A DNA stretch of 64,000 bases, taken from NCBI GenBank assembly GCA_051362555.1, contig CM120641.1:48056401-48120400 (forward strand). The letters run 5' to 3'. The notes beneath the pieces were generated by a model, which saw only the letters and a list, made by a program, of their open reading frames with translations, made no database searches and was not told the origin of the DNA. Source of the stretch: Lingula anatina. Taxonomy: Eukaryota > Animalia > Brachiopoda. The position numbers and the translations under genes were made by a program. Shown here piece after piece: positions 62,768-64,000 of the stretch (its first letter is position 1; each line of letters opens with the position of its first letter).

Positions 62768-63362
62768 TTACGTACAGTGAGCATAGATTGAGAAAATATT
62801 AAAAAGCCTCGATGCGGGTGTCTGGTTATAAAATCTATGGCCTATGTATGGTGCTCAAAACAGTAGTGCGTGCATTTTGTGCTAGACCCAACCAGTGAAA
62901 GGTAGGTCATAGTGCTTTTTGAACTGGGGAATATAATATGTAATCTAAAGCTTTAAGTGTGAATTTAGTAAAGCAACAAAAAAGGTGAGACCTGGGCAAT
63001 AAATTAGCAAAAGAAAGATAATAACTATCATTTACATTGTGGAGCACATTCTTCTTTGTATTCAGTCTTGTCGACGTGGGTAAACCTGTACCTGCTGTCT
63101 CCTCTTGCCGCCCCTATATTAAGCCACTAAATGAGCATATTTCCTCATTGAGGTTGAAATAGAGGTGGGAAAGGTTTCTTGGTGTACTTGTACAGCTTGG
63201 AAATAATAACGATTTCCAAGTGTACAGGTACCCCCTCAAATCCAATGTTCACTTTTATTTCCACAAAGCTAAAGAATGTCCATTAATTTGAAAAGACACC
63301 ACCAAATATCACAAAATTTTCACATAATTAGCATTAGGATGTGCTCGGTAAAGGATACGTGT

Positions 63363-63533
63363 CAGGCCCGTAGCCAGCAATTTCAAATGGGGGGTTCTTT
63401 TTCTGAAAAAGTGGACCTTTTTCAATAAAAAATTCATGAACCTAGATCATATTTTACCCAGAGTGGACCTTTTCCCAGCAAAAGGGGCGGTTCTTTCGAA
63501 CCCTCCGAACCCCCACCCCCGGCTACGGGCCTG
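63363..63533. mobile_element. hAT-like MITE with 5-bp TSD CGTGT
   Basis: TIR CAGGCCCGTAGCC / GGCTACGGGCCTG; CGTGT immediately on both sides. Confidence 0.85.
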
Positions 63534-64000
63534 CGTGTTTAATAGCGTGTGTCTACCGCGTACCGAAATTTCATCCTGTAGGCGGCGCGACAAGCCTTTG
63601 TATTATCTGAACCATTAATTATGTTGTATACGGTATCTGGAAAAACACTATCTATAACAATGTCTGTAACACTGTCTACAAACCTGTTTATTTGTAAATA
63701 AAGAACATGGAATTGGGGGTAGGACAACCTTTTTGATCAGTGTTCTTTTTTTGCACCTAGTAACGTCTTTGAAGATCTGATAGTGCTCAATTTTTGTATG
63801 GTCTATTTTTGAGATCGACGCGGAGTATATGTTACTTTTGAAAGCTAGCGTTAGGAGCTAAAATTGCGTTTTCTTTTATCAGATAATTTAAATAAGGACT
63901 TAGTTTTAAGATCTATAAAGCCCCCCCTGTGTTCGTTGTTTGAATAACCGTGGATTCGAGCTTTAAGCCCTCATCGTTGGGGAGCTTATACAAATCAATT

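Noticed and set aside
58935-62784. Many 60-135-aa ORFs in the GC-richer distal region
   Set aside because: They lie inside non-autonomous TIR elements, with no transposase or other recognisable motifs.

Overview
AT-rich, intron-rich eukaryotic DNA, probably from an invertebrate animal; there is no prokaryotic sequence. 1-23.6 kb is a compact housekeeping block. It holds the 3' part of COQ8 (+), a 19-exon ~1102-aa uncharacterised gene on the minus strand (cadherin-like beta-sandwich repeats, a U-box/RING-like segment, TPRs and RGG repeats), and POLA2 (+), which lies head-to-head with that gene and contains a U12-type intron. 23.8-58.8 kb is a tandem triplication of an 8-exon gene for a type II membrane-anchored, stand-alone bacterial-type family-3 solute-binding protein (HisJ/ArgT-like fold), with paralogue differences at predicted ligand-pocket positions. 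The array is full of mobile DNA: a young non-autonomous LTR element, a decayed Tc1 and many MITEs. It also preserves a complex duplication junction, a gene-conversion tract and a probable transposon excision footprint. All gene models and domain calls were read by eye and need RNA-seq and HMM confirmation.
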